DNA of 64,000 nt from the NCBI GenBank assembly GCA_028534125.1, contig CM052832.1, positions 5,830,001 through 5,894,000 on the forward strand. The letters run 5' to 3'. Position numbers and translations under genes: made by a program. Of this stretch, positions 41,370 through 55,595 are shown piece by piece; positions within the stretch are counted from its first letter, which is position 1; each line of letters opens with the position of its first letter. Source of the DNA: Lama glama. Its lineage: Eukaryota. Below the pieces are notes generated by a model. The model did not search any database and was not told the DNA's origin. It worked only from the letters and a program-made list of their open reading frames with translations.

Positions 41370-41612
41370 GCATGGTGACTGAGAGCCCAGGGTCAAGGGA
41401 CCACACATACCTGGGGGTAAATCCACCTGCTGGGGGACCTCCCTCGAGTTCTCTCATATTTCTGAATTTTGATTTCTTCATCTGAAAATGGGACAATATA
41501 TTCATTTGGAAATCCCATCTCAAAGGATTATTCTAAGGATTAAAGAAGGTAATGCACATAAAAAATGTTTTACAGAATTCTTGGCACTTAGTGAGTGCCT
41601 AGTAAATGCTGT
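41370..41612 (+). mobile_element. MIR SINE
   Basis: ttcttcatctgaaaatgggacaat...ctcaaaggattattctaaggattaaa...ttggcacttagtgagtgcctagtaaatgct. Confidence 0.75.
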
Positions 41613-41899
41613 AAATACTCTCTCTCAGCATTTCTTCCATATGATATAAATAGGATCTGCTGGAAGTAAAGAGTTCCAGACTCAGTTCAGTTTGGAAGAT
41701 GTTAGTTTAAACGAGTTCTAACACACAGACTTCTCAGAACCATTCGTGGGTTAAGGTGCGGGGCACCTCTTCAAAAAGGAGAGGTGATGGCCAGCATTTG
41801 CCCAAAGAATTTGAAGATTAGAGCCCTTCATTTTTGCAGTCGTTCTGTGGACCATACTTTGGAAAATCTTGTTCTCACAAATCAGACATTCGTAAAATT

Positions 41900-42100
41900 G
41901 TAGCGAAATCCCAGAATGTCATTTGCTTCAAAATAATGGGAGGAGAGGGAAAGGGAGGTAGCGGAGGAGGCTATATGTGAAACAAGATAAGCTGTGTGTT
42001 GCTCACTGTTGACACTGACTGATGGATATATTGGAATTCATTATACTATTCTTCCTCTTTTGTATATGCTTGAAAAATTCCATGAAAGTTTTTGAAAAAG
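41900..42100 (+). mobile_element. Old LINE-1 (L1M-type) 3' end
   Basis: tttgcttcaaaataatgg...gaaacaagat...tgatggatata...ttcattatactattcttcctcttttgtatatgcttgaaaaattccat. Confidence 0.7.
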
Positions 42101-43394
42101 ACATGAAGCAAACCAGAAACACACACACGCAAGTCCGAGAGGAATGGCTAATCTTCTGAAGTTCACAGACCCATTCAGGCAAAGGTAAGTGATCTGCCTC
42201 TCACTAACTTGGAGGTGAAGCTCTCCACACACCTGGAAGGACCTCAAGAGGTCACCTGTGGAGACACCCAGCTAGCTTGATTTTTCTCTCCTGTGCCTGC
42301 CAGATACACGAGTTCAGTCAAAATCAGCCAGTGGTTTGGCAGAAGGGAAAACAGAATCAGCGCCTGGCTCACAGAGAACTGGGTAAACCAAACATTCCAT
42401 TGACCTGACGCCGTAAGAAACAGGCTTGGCTGGAGGAGTCCTTACATCCTTCACATTAACTAAAGCCCTCCTTCCAGATCGCCAAGGTTTCCAGCTGCCA
42501 GGGAATCCAAGAGACTTACAGTTGACCTAGAACCTGTTTCACTTGCCAAAGTGCCCAGTGTATTGGACTCCAAGAAGTCTCTCTACGGATAACTATGAAA
42601 TCACCAAGCAACCAGCACTTGGCTTTAGACAAATTCTCCCTAACTGCTCTCTTATTCTAAATGTCATTTGGTAAAACATACCTCATTATTTTTAATTATG
42701 CCCAATTAAAGGGGCTTGCGTATCTGCATCATGTATTTAATGATTCCAACTTACTTTAGGGCATAACAAATTGTATTATGGTTCACTTAGCCTTTAGAAA
42801 GTTCTCAGAGAGCTAACCCACGTGTCACCAAGAACTGCGCTCATGCATTGGTCATTTCCCTACTAGCCCATTTCCTAGTCTCCTAGCGGGCACTTTTTAT
42901 TCATCCCTTATATGTTTACAATCCAGCTAAATTTTATTAGATGCTTAAGTTTGTTTTCTTCCTCTAAATTTCCTGTTTCCAGTCTCCCTCTGGCCAAGCA
43001 CTGTGACTTTCTCTTCAACCAAGAGTTACCTTTGAAATCAAGGCAGATTCTTTTAATTTTGTTTCCATTGTGTAGTTCAAATAAGGAAATAGTAAATTTA
43101 AGAGACGATTCTATTGAGTTATAATAATAGGTCTCCGTTTTCTTTACCAAAAGAGTTGATTCAAGTCGCCCTGGTTTGGTTTCTTATTCTCCCAAGACAT
43201 CTAACAGAGGACATTCTCAAGATCATTAAGAAGGGAAAAAAAGGAAAGAAAAAGAGGAGAGGGTAAATCAATTTTGAGAACTAGGCAGTTTCTGCCTACA
43301 GGACCCACATCTGGGGACCTGCTTCTGGAATAAGGCAATAGCCCCCACATGAACTGTGATGACTTGGGAGCATTGTGGGCACGGGAAGCCCACA

Positions 43395-43403
43395 CTATCC
43401 CCA
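43395..43403 (-). CDS. OPN5: Candidate OPN5 terminal exon, coding part (Trp-Gly-stop)
   Basis: Minus strand reads gtttctcttggttgcag|TGG GGA TAG, a good phase-0 acceptor about 12.2 kb downstream of the previous exon. Human OPN5 ends ...EIHEE|WE* by recall. Inference only. Confidence 0.5.
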   Translation of the reverse strand, partial: WG

Positions 43404-46400
43404 CTGCAACCAAGAGAAACCCCGGAGAGGTGCTCAGATACTACGGTAAAGGCACCATTTACCAAGGGGTGACCCTTCCCATCACTAGACGACCCCTGCA
43501 CATTGCTTTGTCAGTTATGAAAATATTGTTATCACCAGTCCACACTCACGTCTGCCCAGCACCTCATCTATAAGAGAACAAGTCAAAGTACAGATGTGGA
43601 TGGAGCTGGCCCAGATGGAGACGCAGACTGACCTCCTTTTATCAGCACTGTGTGCAGACGAGCTCCTGTCACAGGCCCAGTTCAGTAGGACGTCAGTCCC
43701 TCACTCACTAGACTGAGGTGTGCACAGGAGGAGGCTGAAAGCATGGGTCTCTGGCGTGCTGCTGTTCATAACGCTGCCGTTATGCTAGAACAGGACAATT
43801 CAGCTAAGCTACTTGACTTCAGTACTCCTAGGGTGCACCTCTATTTTAATATTCCTAGTAAACGACTTTTCTCCTGATCATGTAAATAGGGTGGGGGTGG
43901 GAGGTCAGAGAACCAACATTTGTAAGCTAACTTCTCTGTATACACCTGACGCTGTGTGAGCATTTTACACGCATCCTTTACAATCAGTAAATGTGTTGTT
44001 CCCCCTGCAGAGAAGGAAAAGTTGAGTTTCATGGAGGAGCACACCACTAGTTAGCAGAGATTCCAAAACTCAGAGCCTGGTCGTACCACACACTCACACA
44101 TACGCACACACCAGGAGGACAGGGGCGGAAAAGGACACTGCCAATGAGGACTGCTTCTCCCGTGAACGTCTTCCTTTTCTCACATGTAACTGGCCCTGCA
44201 GATTCCAGCTTCCCAGATGCATCTCATCCTGTTCCCCCCCGGTCGTTCGAATGGTCACTATTCTAGTTCAGGCCTCCTTTCTTCTCTGTCCCACCTGCCT
44301 AGTCTCCGGACTCCTTGCCTCCTACGCCCACGCACTGCCTAGAATGAAATGAACTGCCCGAGACTAAGCTTCAGGCCCTCTAGGAACTGCTGCCTCCTCA
44401 CCTGAACAGCCTAATTTACACCTACACGCTCTTTGCTGCATCCAATACGAACTGTTTCCTATCCTCTAATCATGCCCCTGGGGTGAGGGTGGGGGTGTCC
44501 AGCCATTTCCCCTCCTCCTATGCCTGAATATCTAATCAATCCTCTCCGTTTCTGCTCACACTGTACTTCCTCCTTGAAGCCAAGCCATCCATCCATCCAA
44601 CCCCTGATTCTGCCCTTCCTGCTAGAAAATAAGCTCCTTGAGGTTTAAATTCAAATCTGATTCAACATCACTCTCCGGTCATGTGCTGGACCAAAGGCAA
44701 ACAATGAACCAGGGGCAGAACCCAGTTCTGACAACCCCCTTAGCGATGTTGTCTCTAATAAAGTTGCTGCCTGGGGCTCTGCTGGAATCACACAGGTTTT
44801 GTGATACTGAGAACAACCAAAGCAAACTGTGCCCTTGAGAGGGCCTCCTTCAACCGCATGGCAGGGACCTCTGATAACCACTCCTAGATTATCTACGACA
44901 GATTAGCTTGTGGATTTGTGAAGTCTGAACATTTCATTTGGGGTGATCTGATCCACAGACGTGTGCGATGATAAACTATCCACTAGATAACTTTTTCCTC
45001 GTAGAAATTAAAAAAAAAATGATCATGCTGCTTTATAAACAAGTCTTCATTCACTCTCTAATGGCCAATCTGCCTCCTTAATTTAACTAGATTGAGCTCC
45101 GTGCCAGGCTCCACACCCCTCACGTTTGGCGTGACAATTTCCAAAATATACCATACCATGTATCTTCATTCAAATAAACAGACGTTCCAACCAACCACTC
45201 TGGACATAGTTTTGAGTTTCTGGGGGAAGTAAACTGAGTGCTCATTTCCAACAGTCTGGTTCATTTCCAGAATGGAAAGCAGAAAGCATCTGAATTAACC
45301 TTGGAGAGAAGGCAGGAAGAGGTGCCATTTTAGGTGGGAGAAAAACACTCTCTATCTCATGTTAATAACCTGAGGCAGAGTTTTTTTAATCAAGAAGAAC
45401 ATTTCCTTTTCCTTTGCTGTCCATTCCCCACAGCCAATTAATCACCAACGCTTACCAATTTTTATTTCCAAAATACCTTTTTTTCCCTCTGAAGCCCAGC
45501 TGCCCCTGTTCAAACCAGCCTCAGGCCTCACCTAGATTAATGTTCTTCCCCCTACTCTCCTTCTTAAAGCCACTCGTCAATGCTTCTCAAACTGCGAGGT
45601 GTATAAGAACCGCCCGGCTGTTTATTTAAATGCAGATATAAATAAACACCACTCGATTTAAACATCACACGGATTTAAATAGGTAACTTTCCGCCGAGAG
45701 TCTGCTGTAGGCGGTGTGGAGCAGGGGAGGGAGGGGATGATTTCCAGTTTAAACAGGCAACTCTGATAAAGGAGCTCCAGTTGCCACATTTTGATGAGAA
45801 TGAGGACTGCACTGACCTTAAATATGTGGTCCAAACGTGGTCATCCGGGGACAATCCATGTACTAAAACACTTCGTTTCCCACAGTTAGCTGAGAGTGAA
45901 GGAAGGTATCGACCACAATGTTGTGCTGGTTAAAACCCTTCCTGAATTGATGACTTCTTCCCCAGTCCCTTAACCAACCTCCCAGCCCCTCTGTAACACA
46001 CCTCGCCATGACGTACAGCGTGCTCTTCCTCACAAAGCTCTCTCCTGTTTTGAAGACCCTCCCAGCAACCTGTTCTGGGAGTAGCTCCCGTCAGGGATTC
46101 CCTCTTCCAGGACTCTCCCAGGGCCCCGTCCCCTGCCCACACGGCTGTGGTTCAGGAGAGCCCTCCCCGCTCTCTCAGCTCCCCAGCAACCTCCATCAAA
46201 ACACTCCCCTCAGTGTATTGAAATCATCTATCTACTCATCTGTTTTTCCACCAGATCTTGACCTCTTTTCCTATAGTGAGCATGCATTATTTTTTTTCGA
46301 GCTTCCCATAGAAGAAGCAGTCATGAAAGGATTCCTGTATTTACCCTCACCCTCTAGCACCTCACCACACCCCCAGACAACCGGTTCCCTTGTAACATAA

Positions 46401-46589
46401 GCCGGGTTAGGACCTGATACATCTGGTCTGGGAGCTCCTGCGTGCATTTAAAGGACTTTAGAAATCAGTTCCTAATTTTCCATCCCACTTGTAAATCAGT
46501 CAAGGAAGTAGAATTATTTTAAGAGACTTAGAGTAGGATTGTAATGTAAGCGAGGGGGAAGGAGGAAATCCAAACCCAGAATAAATACA

Positions 46590-46757
46590 GCAGTAAGAGG
46601 CTCAGGCTCTGGGGGAAGTGAGAGAGCTGGAATCCCAGCTCTTCCAGGGCCAGGCTGTGTGATCTTGAGCAGGTTGCATAAATTCTCTGGGCCTCAGTTT
46701 CCTCACAGTGGACAAAAAATATCCACCAGAGTCCTTAAGACATATTAAACAGTACAG
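46590..46757 (+). mobile_element. MIR SINE interrupted by MER58A
   Basis: aatcccagctct...ctgtgtgatcttgagcaggtt...ctctgggcctcagtttcctca; MIR-like tail resumes after 46945. Confidence 0.75.
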
Positions 46758-46943
46758 CAGCTTTTAGCCGAGTTTTTCTGTAATGTACCAGAAAGTACTT
46801 AATTTAGGCTCTGCAAGACAGTCTCTCTTGCAGCCATCGACCATATGTAAACAAATGAGTGTCGCTGTGTTCCAATAAAACTTTATTGACAGAAACAGTC
46901 AGTGGGCTGGAATTTGGCCCAAGAGCCATGGTTTGCTAACCTT
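46758..46943 (+). mobile_element. MER58A (hAT-Charlie) DNA transposon
   Basis: atatgtaaacaaatgagtgtcgctgtgttccaataaaactttattgacagaaacag...gggctggaatttggccc...gtttgctaacc. Confidence 0.85.
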
Positions 46944-49894
46944 TACACCAGAGCAATGCTTGCACGTGTTGAATGTAATAATATTGTAGCTGTTTTATTT
47001 TCCTTGGAAAAATGTACTTCTGGCAAATAACTCCAGTTTTGATCTTTTATATAACTTTAAATCGTGTCGCTTCCACTAAAATGGGAACACCTCTCATTTA
47101 GGCTAATTGGAATCAATACAAAGCAGGCTGCCGTGGGAGGCTCACAACAGATGATCAGATTTCCCCCCACTCCACATTTATGCTGATCATCAGGAATAAA
47201 ATCAGTAGGGTGTAGCTTCCCCTGTAATTTCTATCATTCTGAAATACAAAACGACTCGAAAACCCCACAAGACACTCTAATCAGAAAGGCACAACCATAG
47301 CAACAGCCTGGCTGATGCAAACAATTTTGTTCATTTGAAAATCATTTACATTGAATGATAAACTCTGTTCATTAATAATGACACTAAATTAAGTCAAAAT
47401 GACACCAGATGCAACCGAAGCACTACACCGCTGAATATGGGATAAATTGCTCCCTCTCTCCCCTCCAGAATCCCATTTATACTGACGGTGCCTGTCTACA
47501 TGACCTTCAGAATTACTCAGTTAATTATGGTCGGGAAAGACACGGTACTGGGGCCACTGCCTGGGAAATTTAGGATGACCAAGGGGAGAGGCAACAGCTA
47601 GATCCTCTAGCGGTGGTGTTTGTTGTCCTGCGAATTATGTACACGATGATTTAACCACTTCTGGCATTTTCCTCCAGGAATGAAATATAAATAAATAATT
47701 TTTAAATGAATTTAAAGAAGTCATACTTGCCTCATTTTTATATCAACTTCTGCAAGCAATTTTTTTTTTTTTTTGGTAGCGTTTGCCTAGAGCAACTGTT
47801 GCCCTCCGGCCACAGAGTCCCCCACTTATGAGATCCTCCAGGCCTCCAAGCCTCCAGCAGCTGCTTCGACCCAGCACGAGATGGGCAATTCTCTTGTTCG
47901 TCCACTATTTCAGTGCGCCGCCCCTCCCTTCTCATTTCTGTCTCATCTGCTCAACCCATTACAGTGCAAGGGCTCCTGTCTCTTGCCGTGAAGACTTTGG
48001 AGCAAGCTGCTTCTCACAGCCTGGCCTCCTGGCTCCAGCCTGACCGGACTGCTGGCGTCCAGGACTGTCCTGCTCCCAGCCCACACTCTGCATCACAAGC
48101 TCCTCCTTGGTGTCTGCCCAGCTACCTCTGCTAACAGCTCCAGGGAAAGGCTCAGAAGAGCTGGGGAGGATCTCTTCTCACCCTGGGCCGTCTTCCCCAT
48201 CTTAAGAGAAGTATCATCTCTGGAGGGCTCTTGGTTTCATCCTCATCCTGAGCTAAGAGCTTCACCTACAACCCACAAGGGGGTTCAACTGCAGAATTAG
48301 ATTATCTCTTGGATGGATGCCCTGCCAAGTCCCCAAAGGCAGCAAGTTCCTACAAAACACTAGCTGGGAAGTGTCTGCCCAAAAGTGTTCAGGCCCGGTC
48401 CTGTATTCAGAGAAGGGTGCCCGTTTCTTTCTCCACTCTCTGGAAGTGTTGAGAGTGACTTGCTATTTTAATGCTCTAATTCTTCACTTCCAATGCTTCT
48501 GAAACTTTTCACCAGTCTAGTCTCAGACGCGGCTTTGCTTCGACATGGATGGAATTTGTCAACATGCGTAGATTCAGATAGAATTCTGGGCAGTTTGGAT
48601 AAATCCCACAGGCTGGCTGCTGCCAAATTTGGCTCATTTTTAAAAATGGATCAGATGCTTTTCTTTTCCTCTAACAAAATTAGATTTTGTTCATTTGGGT
48701 GTGTGGGTGTCGGGAGAGGGGGGTGTTGCAAATGGATGCCACGTTCAAAATAAAAAGAACTTACAAAAGCAGAACTCTCGGTATTCAGGGAAAATAGCCT
48801 TCTCTCTGAGCAAGTGCGCTCTGAGCAGTCAACCCCCGCTCACATCCCTGTAGGTGACGAAGGTGCTGACTCACCCACCAGCCTCCTCGTCCCTTTCCCT
48901 GCTTCGTGAGGGAGAGAAGGGTCCCCGTCCCCAGCATTCCACAGGAGGGAACCCTCCACGACACTAATGCCGCACTACCCCTCTGTTCCGAGGACACAAC
49001 TTAGACAGTGTCCTTCCACTGAAGACATCTCTCCAGCACTGAGGGGCACTTTCAAGCCCCCAGTTCCCTGCCCTGACACCAGCTTTCCATTGGACTCATC
49101 ACCTTAGTCTTCACATAACCACTGACTTTAACCAGCCTTACTGGCACACACACCACCTTGTTAAATTGCAGCTTTGACTCAGTAGGTCACAACGGGGGCC
49201 CGAGTTCTGTGCATCTAACCAGCTTTGAAGAAACACCCAAGCTCGGGTTCTAAAGATGACACTCTAGGCGACAAGGATTCAGACCACACACTCTGTACAT
49301 CATACACTGACGTGAGCCGGTTAAAACTCCTGCATAAGCCTTCCACATGGAATCTTCTCTGCCTTCAATACGCTCTCCAGCCAGGAACCTGAGGGCCAGG
49401 TATCCATGTGAGAACTTCTATCACTAGCTTAAACCCCAAAGAGAATTTCTGATTCTGCCTCTCTGTTCCTTAAAAGATCCACAGCGGGAAATGACAAGGT
49501 TCTCACCCCCCGTGAAGTGTCTGTGAAGGGCCGGTCATCTTGATCCTTCCATTAGAACTAAATTGACAAGCTACTCCGACGCCCTTCTCCTTCCAGAAGG
49601 GCTCCCACTGGAACGGAGCAAACCTCTTCTCTCTCAGTCAAATGCGCTACCTGCCACCCCCGACTGGGGCTTAAAGCATCTTCCCAAGGTGGCGGTTCCT
49701 AACACGAGCAGCTCCCTGGGGCAGAGTGACTGGTGGCCACTCCCACAAATGCTTCTGTTGTGGCGCTCACCTTCTCAAGTAGCTTGAACCCCTGGTAGTG
49801 ACCAGACGTCTTGAAGAACACTCTCCTCCTACCTCGAGAAAAGGGTTCACAGCTGTCACCGCAGAGCCCACTGAGAATAATGATATGGTTCTTA

Positions 49895-50135
49895 TAATGA
49901 TGATAATAGCAGCTTTCACTCATGGTGTAATTTCAAGGGGCCAGAACTGTCCTAAACCCCTTACAAACTCAAATCGCTCACAACAAATCCCAATGAGGGA
50001 AGACTGTCCCTATGTCACAGCCAGGACAAATGAGGACACTGAGCGACCCAGTAATTTGCCCAGGCCGGCGCAGCTGGGAAATGACAGAGCCTGGGTGTGA
50101 GATCAGCTTTGGCTGAACGAGCAACTGTACTCACT
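49895..50135 (-). mobile_element. MIR SINE
   Basis: ctcacaacaaatcccaatgagg...acaaatgaggacactgag...agtaatttgcccagg...cagctgggaaatgacagagcctgg. Confidence 0.75.
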
Positions 50136-50834
50136 CACTATTTCCACACCCTGCTGTCTTTCTGATGCGCTCATCTTTGGGGGAAAAAAATGCATCATTC
50201 ACTCTGCCCCAGATCACCTCGCCAGCCCAATTTTGTTGTAACCTGGGGGAAAAAACACAGATTTGTGAACTTTTCCTTTGCTCAAACCAAGCGTTCAAAT
50301 ATCCAGAGATACAGGCAAGAAATGAATTCAGCTCCAGCAGACTTGGCGGAAACCCCATGGTTCTCTCCTCATCTGAGACACAGAAGCATCTAGGCCAGTT
50401 CGTTCTCAGGATCTGTCCTGACATTTGGCATTTTCTCAAGGTAGCCATCAAAGTAAACCCACTGATGCCTCCAGAGCCCCATCCAAAACTTATTACTATT
50501 AAAACCATTTACAGTGTAGATGGAGATCAAAACATTGCCCAAACCCCCAAATTCCTAAAGAACTGAAAACATATCCTCCCTTTCTTCCATAGCCCCCAAA
50601 ACCTGCAGCGCAGTGTAGACGGCAAGCACTTTACTAAAAGCTTCCTGAATTGAAAGCTGAATGAAAAAATGCAGCGTTTGCCTCTGTACATTTGGTCCAT
50701 GTCAAAACCAAAATCAAACAAAGCCAATAACAATGCACATACAGAATCTGAATGACGTCTGCTCTCAAATATGTTTCATGTAATGTATATAATGTATGTC
50801 TGTCTTTTCTAGAGTCTGTGGTACATGGGAGGGT

Positions 50835-50884
50835 AATATATATATATATATATATATAATGTATAATATATAATATATATATAT
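50835..50884. repeat. (TA)n microsatellite
   Basis: Directly visible repeat units. Confidence 0.9.
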
Positions 50885-51316
50885 CTTTAATTTCATGATC
50901 AAACTGGGAAGATCCCTACACACAGTTAAGAAAAAGCAAGTTGAGGAAAGTACTGACATTGCTTGCTTTGATTTGAGTCTCTTGGATAAAATCGTTTTCA
51001 GAATATACGCCACACAATTCCACAACCTAATGAATACTGAAAGTCGTAGAATCTGAAAAAGCATTCCAGGTCACAGTGGTGACCAGCGGTTTTACTACGT
51101 GGTGGACAAAAATGGTTTGAGATCGGACATGCCCTCCAATGTGATTTCTTATCAGATCCGCTATAGTTCTTAGGTTTCCTGACATCTGCTCACTTTTTCA
51201 GAAGAGGAATGCAGGCTGCTCAACTCTTTGGCCTTCTGAATGGCTCCCGTTCTGCAAAACAAGCTATTGAATCAAAGGCTGTTGCGGTCTGCCCTAACAG
51301 TCTTTCTATACGGATG

Positions 51317-51806
51317 CAGGCAGACCTCGCTTTACTGCACCTGGCTTCATTGCACGTCACAGATGCTGCGTTTTTACAAACTGAAGGTTTGTGGCAATCC
51401 TGCATCAAGCAAGTCTGTGGGCATCATTTTTACAACAACATTTGCTCACTTCGTGTCTCTGTGTCACGTTTTTCTAACTCTCACGGTATTTCAAACGTTT
51501 CATAATTATTAAATCTGCTACAGTGATCTGTGATCAGTGACCTTTGATGTTACTCATACGGCTCGCTGAAGGTTCAGATGATGGTCAGTAATTTTGAGGC
51601 AATAAAGCATTTTTTAATTAAGGTGTGTACACTGTTTTTTTTTTTAGACATGATGCTGTCAAACATTTAACAGACTACAGTATAGTGTAAACAAAACTTT
51701 TATATGCACTTGGAAACCAAAAAATTCGTGCGAGCTGCTTTATTGCGATGTTTGATGGACTGTGGTGGTCTGGAACCAAACCCACAGTATCTCTGAGGTC
51801 TGCCTG
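51317..51806 (+). mobile_element. Tigger1 internal-deletion derivative (TcMar-Tigger; Tigger1a_Art-like)
   Basis: Perfect 12-bp terminal inverted repeats caggcagacctc (51317-51328) and gaggtctgcctg (51795-51806). Tigger1 5' motif (tttacaaactgaaggtttgtggcaa) and 3' motif (gactacagtatagtgtaaac...ggtctggaacc) are joined in 490 bp. Confidence 0.9.
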
Positions 51807-53289
51807 TGTATCTTCGCTCTCTATAAAACGTCCTCTGACATTCCGGCTCTCTGTAAGACATTCTGTTATGCGGGCATCAGTGACCCCTTCAGTGTCCTAC
51901 CCTCAGTCTCTTCCTCTCCCCTGCACCCACCCCATGCCTTCCTCATCTGCACTAACTTAATGGAGAGGCCGTCCCATTGGTGGATTTGGGATTCATATTT
52001 CTAAAGACCATTAGTGGTGGTCGTGTGTTTTTCAAGGGAAAACTAAAAGAGACCAAAATTTTAGTTACCGCTTCAGTTCTAAATAAACATAATGCTTGAT
52101 TCTTGAGACAGCTGGGTTTCTAAGAGTCAAATAATTGGGTTTTGCTGTGTCATACATTCTTGTTGCCTTGCTCTACCTGGAAAAAATCAAAATATGTTTG
52201 GATTTTACTATGATTCTTGAAATCCAAACTTTCAAGTTAGTAGGGCATTCCTCTTCTTAATCCCCGTTTCACGAATTCATTTATTCATTAATGAGACAGG
52301 TCATATTTCAATGGAGGTCCCCAGAAGCAAATGAATATGTGAACTTAAAGAATAAATATGAGATCTAAGATTTTTACATTCTCGATTTAATATTCTAGTC
52401 CATGTTTCCAAATCTTTCCCAAATCTTCACCTGAGAGCAACTCTTTGGATTTCAACCATTCAGTTCCCTAGGGCTCATCCCACATCAGGCAGTGGGCCAG
52501 TTAACAGAACCTCGAGGAACACAGGCACAGTGTCTGCTTAAGATTCCGAAGTCTGTCTCACACAACCACATCAGCACACAAAATGTAGTATGTCTTTTTT
52601 TGTTAAGCTACAGTAAGCTTAAATCGAATTTGTAGAAGTGTTGGCGACTACACAGAGCTTTCTAAAATCACTGGAAGACCCTGGGGGGTCGGGGGAGGCA
52701 ATTATCCACCGACAGCCTGGTGCATGAAGCAGACCCTCAAAGACACTTTCTTTTCTTCCTCCATTCCATCCCGAGGACCAGCTCTCCCATCCCCATCAAC
52801 ACTGGGAACACTTCTGGTGCTTCCCAGCTCCCAAAGTGTCACCCCCCCAAAAAAAAATGTGGAACCACAGCTTGGAGGATCACTTTTTAAATCACGTTTT
52901 CAAATAGGAAGCAGAAGTTAGTTTTCAGAACTTCCCGCAAGGCTCCTAGTATTAAGCGCTTCCTCCCCTCACCACCGCCCCAAGACTATCCTCAGCTTTT
53001 CTTGTTCATGCTTTCTAAAGCTGTGCTAAAGACCACATTCCAGTTAAACAGTTACTAAATGACAGGGACGGTCTGCCTTCAGGGACTTCCCACCATGTCC
53101 GTGTTCAGTTCTGCCTCTAGACAATCCGACACCCATCTCAATATTCTTTCCTCCTTACTCCCTACATCACTCACTTCCATAAACATGCTCTCAAAAACAA
53201 AATAAAACAAAAACTCACACTTCATTTTTTGCATGTCTTTTGAAGTCAACAATTTCTCCCTTAACAGTCGTTTCCCACCTGCAAACTCC

Positions 53290-53790
53290 CGAACTATCTA
53301 ATCCCAGCAGCATCGGCTCTGACTTTAGATGATTTTTAACTACCTGTTTTGAATAGCCCATGTTGGGAACACTGTATTCAACACATCCCAAATGTAATTC
53401 ACTATCTGCCTCCCAGCCCACTCCTCCAGTTGCATTTTTTCCTTCTTTAGAAACCACTGTCCTCAGTTTCCTAAGCAGATGCCCGTGTGTACGTCACCCT
53501 GACCCCTCCAGCTCCTGTGCAATCAATTGTGAAGCTCTCTTACTTCTTAAAAGATTTTAAACCCATGATCTCATCTCCATCTCTATTACCACCCCCTAAT
53601 TCAGGTTCCCATTAATCGTTGTACTTCTAATTTCTTTATAAAACTGCCTAACGGATCTCCCGACCTCTAATTTTGAACCCCACCCCCATCCAGGACAGTC
53701 CGCCTCCATACGGCCATCAGTCTGGTTTCTCTAGGTCTTTCTGAAAGTCATAAACTTCGTCACTTCCTGACCTCACCTGGAATCCCACAG
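53290..53790 (+). mobile_element. Degraded L2 LINE fragment
   Basis: caacacatcccaaatgtaattcactatc...aactgcctaacggatctcccgacctct...cacttcctg, a pyrimidine-rich L2-like tract. Confidence 0.5.
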
Positions 53791-55595
53791 GGCCTCTCCA
53801 CTACCCCGGAGGTGAAATTCGAGTAACAGCGTGAACAGCAAAGCCCTGGGGGTGCGACCTGGCCCTGACCTGACCACGCCCTCCAGCACCCACCTTATAA
53901 CAACTACAGCAGCTGCTGCTAGGTAAGGGTCCTCCTTCTGTTCCAGGCTTGGTGCCACATGACGTAGATGGGTATTTTGAAATCTCACAACGACTGTGTG
54001 AGCAAACTACTGTTACTGCCCCCATTCTGCAGGCTCTCCGAAGGGCCCCGGGCTGGGGTGCAGACAGAGGCAGCCTGACTCCGCTGGAAACCTGTGTGCC
54101 TCCCCACCTGCACACTCTTCCACCCGTGTGTACTTCACACTCTGCCTGAAACTCTCACTCATCTCTATTCTAATGACAATCCTGCCTCTTTCCCCAGGAC
54201 CTTGGGGAGCAGTCCCAAGCCCCAGGGAGAGTTGTCAATCCTTTTGCTTTAATCCTAGAGTGTGTTTTATGCCCTGACCTTAAGTCACTGACTGACACAC
54301 ACCAGCCCATTCCTCTTTCCCCACCCCAACCCTGGAGAAACTACAAGACAGAGAACCTGCAGGTGCCTGTCCTGAGGGCTGAGCCCTGGAGGAGGGGCCA
54401 TTCACTCAAATCCTTGAAAGAAAGGAGTGGAGAGGGCGGGGGAGCACCAACGGCCCCTCCCCTCCCTTTTTCACTTCCTCACCTGCTGTTATCAGTAAGG
54501 CAAGATCAGTCTCGGTGAGCAAGGCTTACGTTCCTAGCAGAAGGGGGAGGCAGACAGAGCCACAGAGCTGGGAGCGCAGAGAACACCTGGTTGGCCTCAA
54601 ATAAAGAACGGTAGTACAGATGGCCCTGCTCACTGGAGTAGGAGAAAAAAATCCGCTAGACATGGAGCTGAAGGCCAATTCAGACATTTACGCACCTGAC
54701 ACTTTCATTAGTTCTTAAAAGGCACGCATCCGCCACTGAAATCACTCTCTGCCATTTTTATCTGTATCTCTTTACCTGCAGAGCTCACAGGGTATTTGTT
54801 GGGGGGGAAGGAACAGAAAAGAACAAAGGGAACAAAGAGCAAACAAATAAAAGAAACATGTATACGCAGCTACATTCCCTAAATTCGTTCCTTGAATAAT
54901 CACTGCTAGTAATGCTCTGTGACATATACTATGTTGTGTGCAGAACTTAATGAGAAAAACCCATGTAGTAAAAGGATCATCAGTGGGATGATTTCTGTCC
55001 TCAAATTCTGAGATTCAAGAGGGTTTTCCATTTAAGGATTTACAGCAAAACTGATTTCCCTAGAGGATTACTTTGTGGAACCAGTACCCTTAGACGGTGA
55101 CCCTCTGTTGGCATGAGGAGAAGCCGCAAGAACCAGAAGCATCTACCTGTCAGGGAACACTGGCCACACCCCACCCTCGTGTCACCCACCTAAGGGACCC
55201 CAGGAACTGCCTCCCTGGCCCTACCTTCAGAAATAATCACTATGATGGGATGAGATTAAATACACCCTAATAAATCAAACTTCTAACCATTTCTCTCAGT
55301 ATCTCAGATTTAACACTGTTTGGCATGACAATGGGTTTTAAAAGAGAATAGAAAGAGAATTCCAAGGAGGCTCATTCCAGAATCTTCCCTAAGGCAGTAA
55401 CCTACATCCTCCAGGGTCCGATGGGCCATCAGAATTTCCCAGTAAATCCTGGCTTAAGGAGAAAGAGGAAAAGTGTACAAAATATAAAAATATAATATAA
55501 AGAGAAAGGTGTGGTCGCAATCACACGCTAACAGCAGTGACGAGGCAAATTAGTGAATAACTGTGTCCGTGAGTAACGTGTGTCCATCTTCATAC

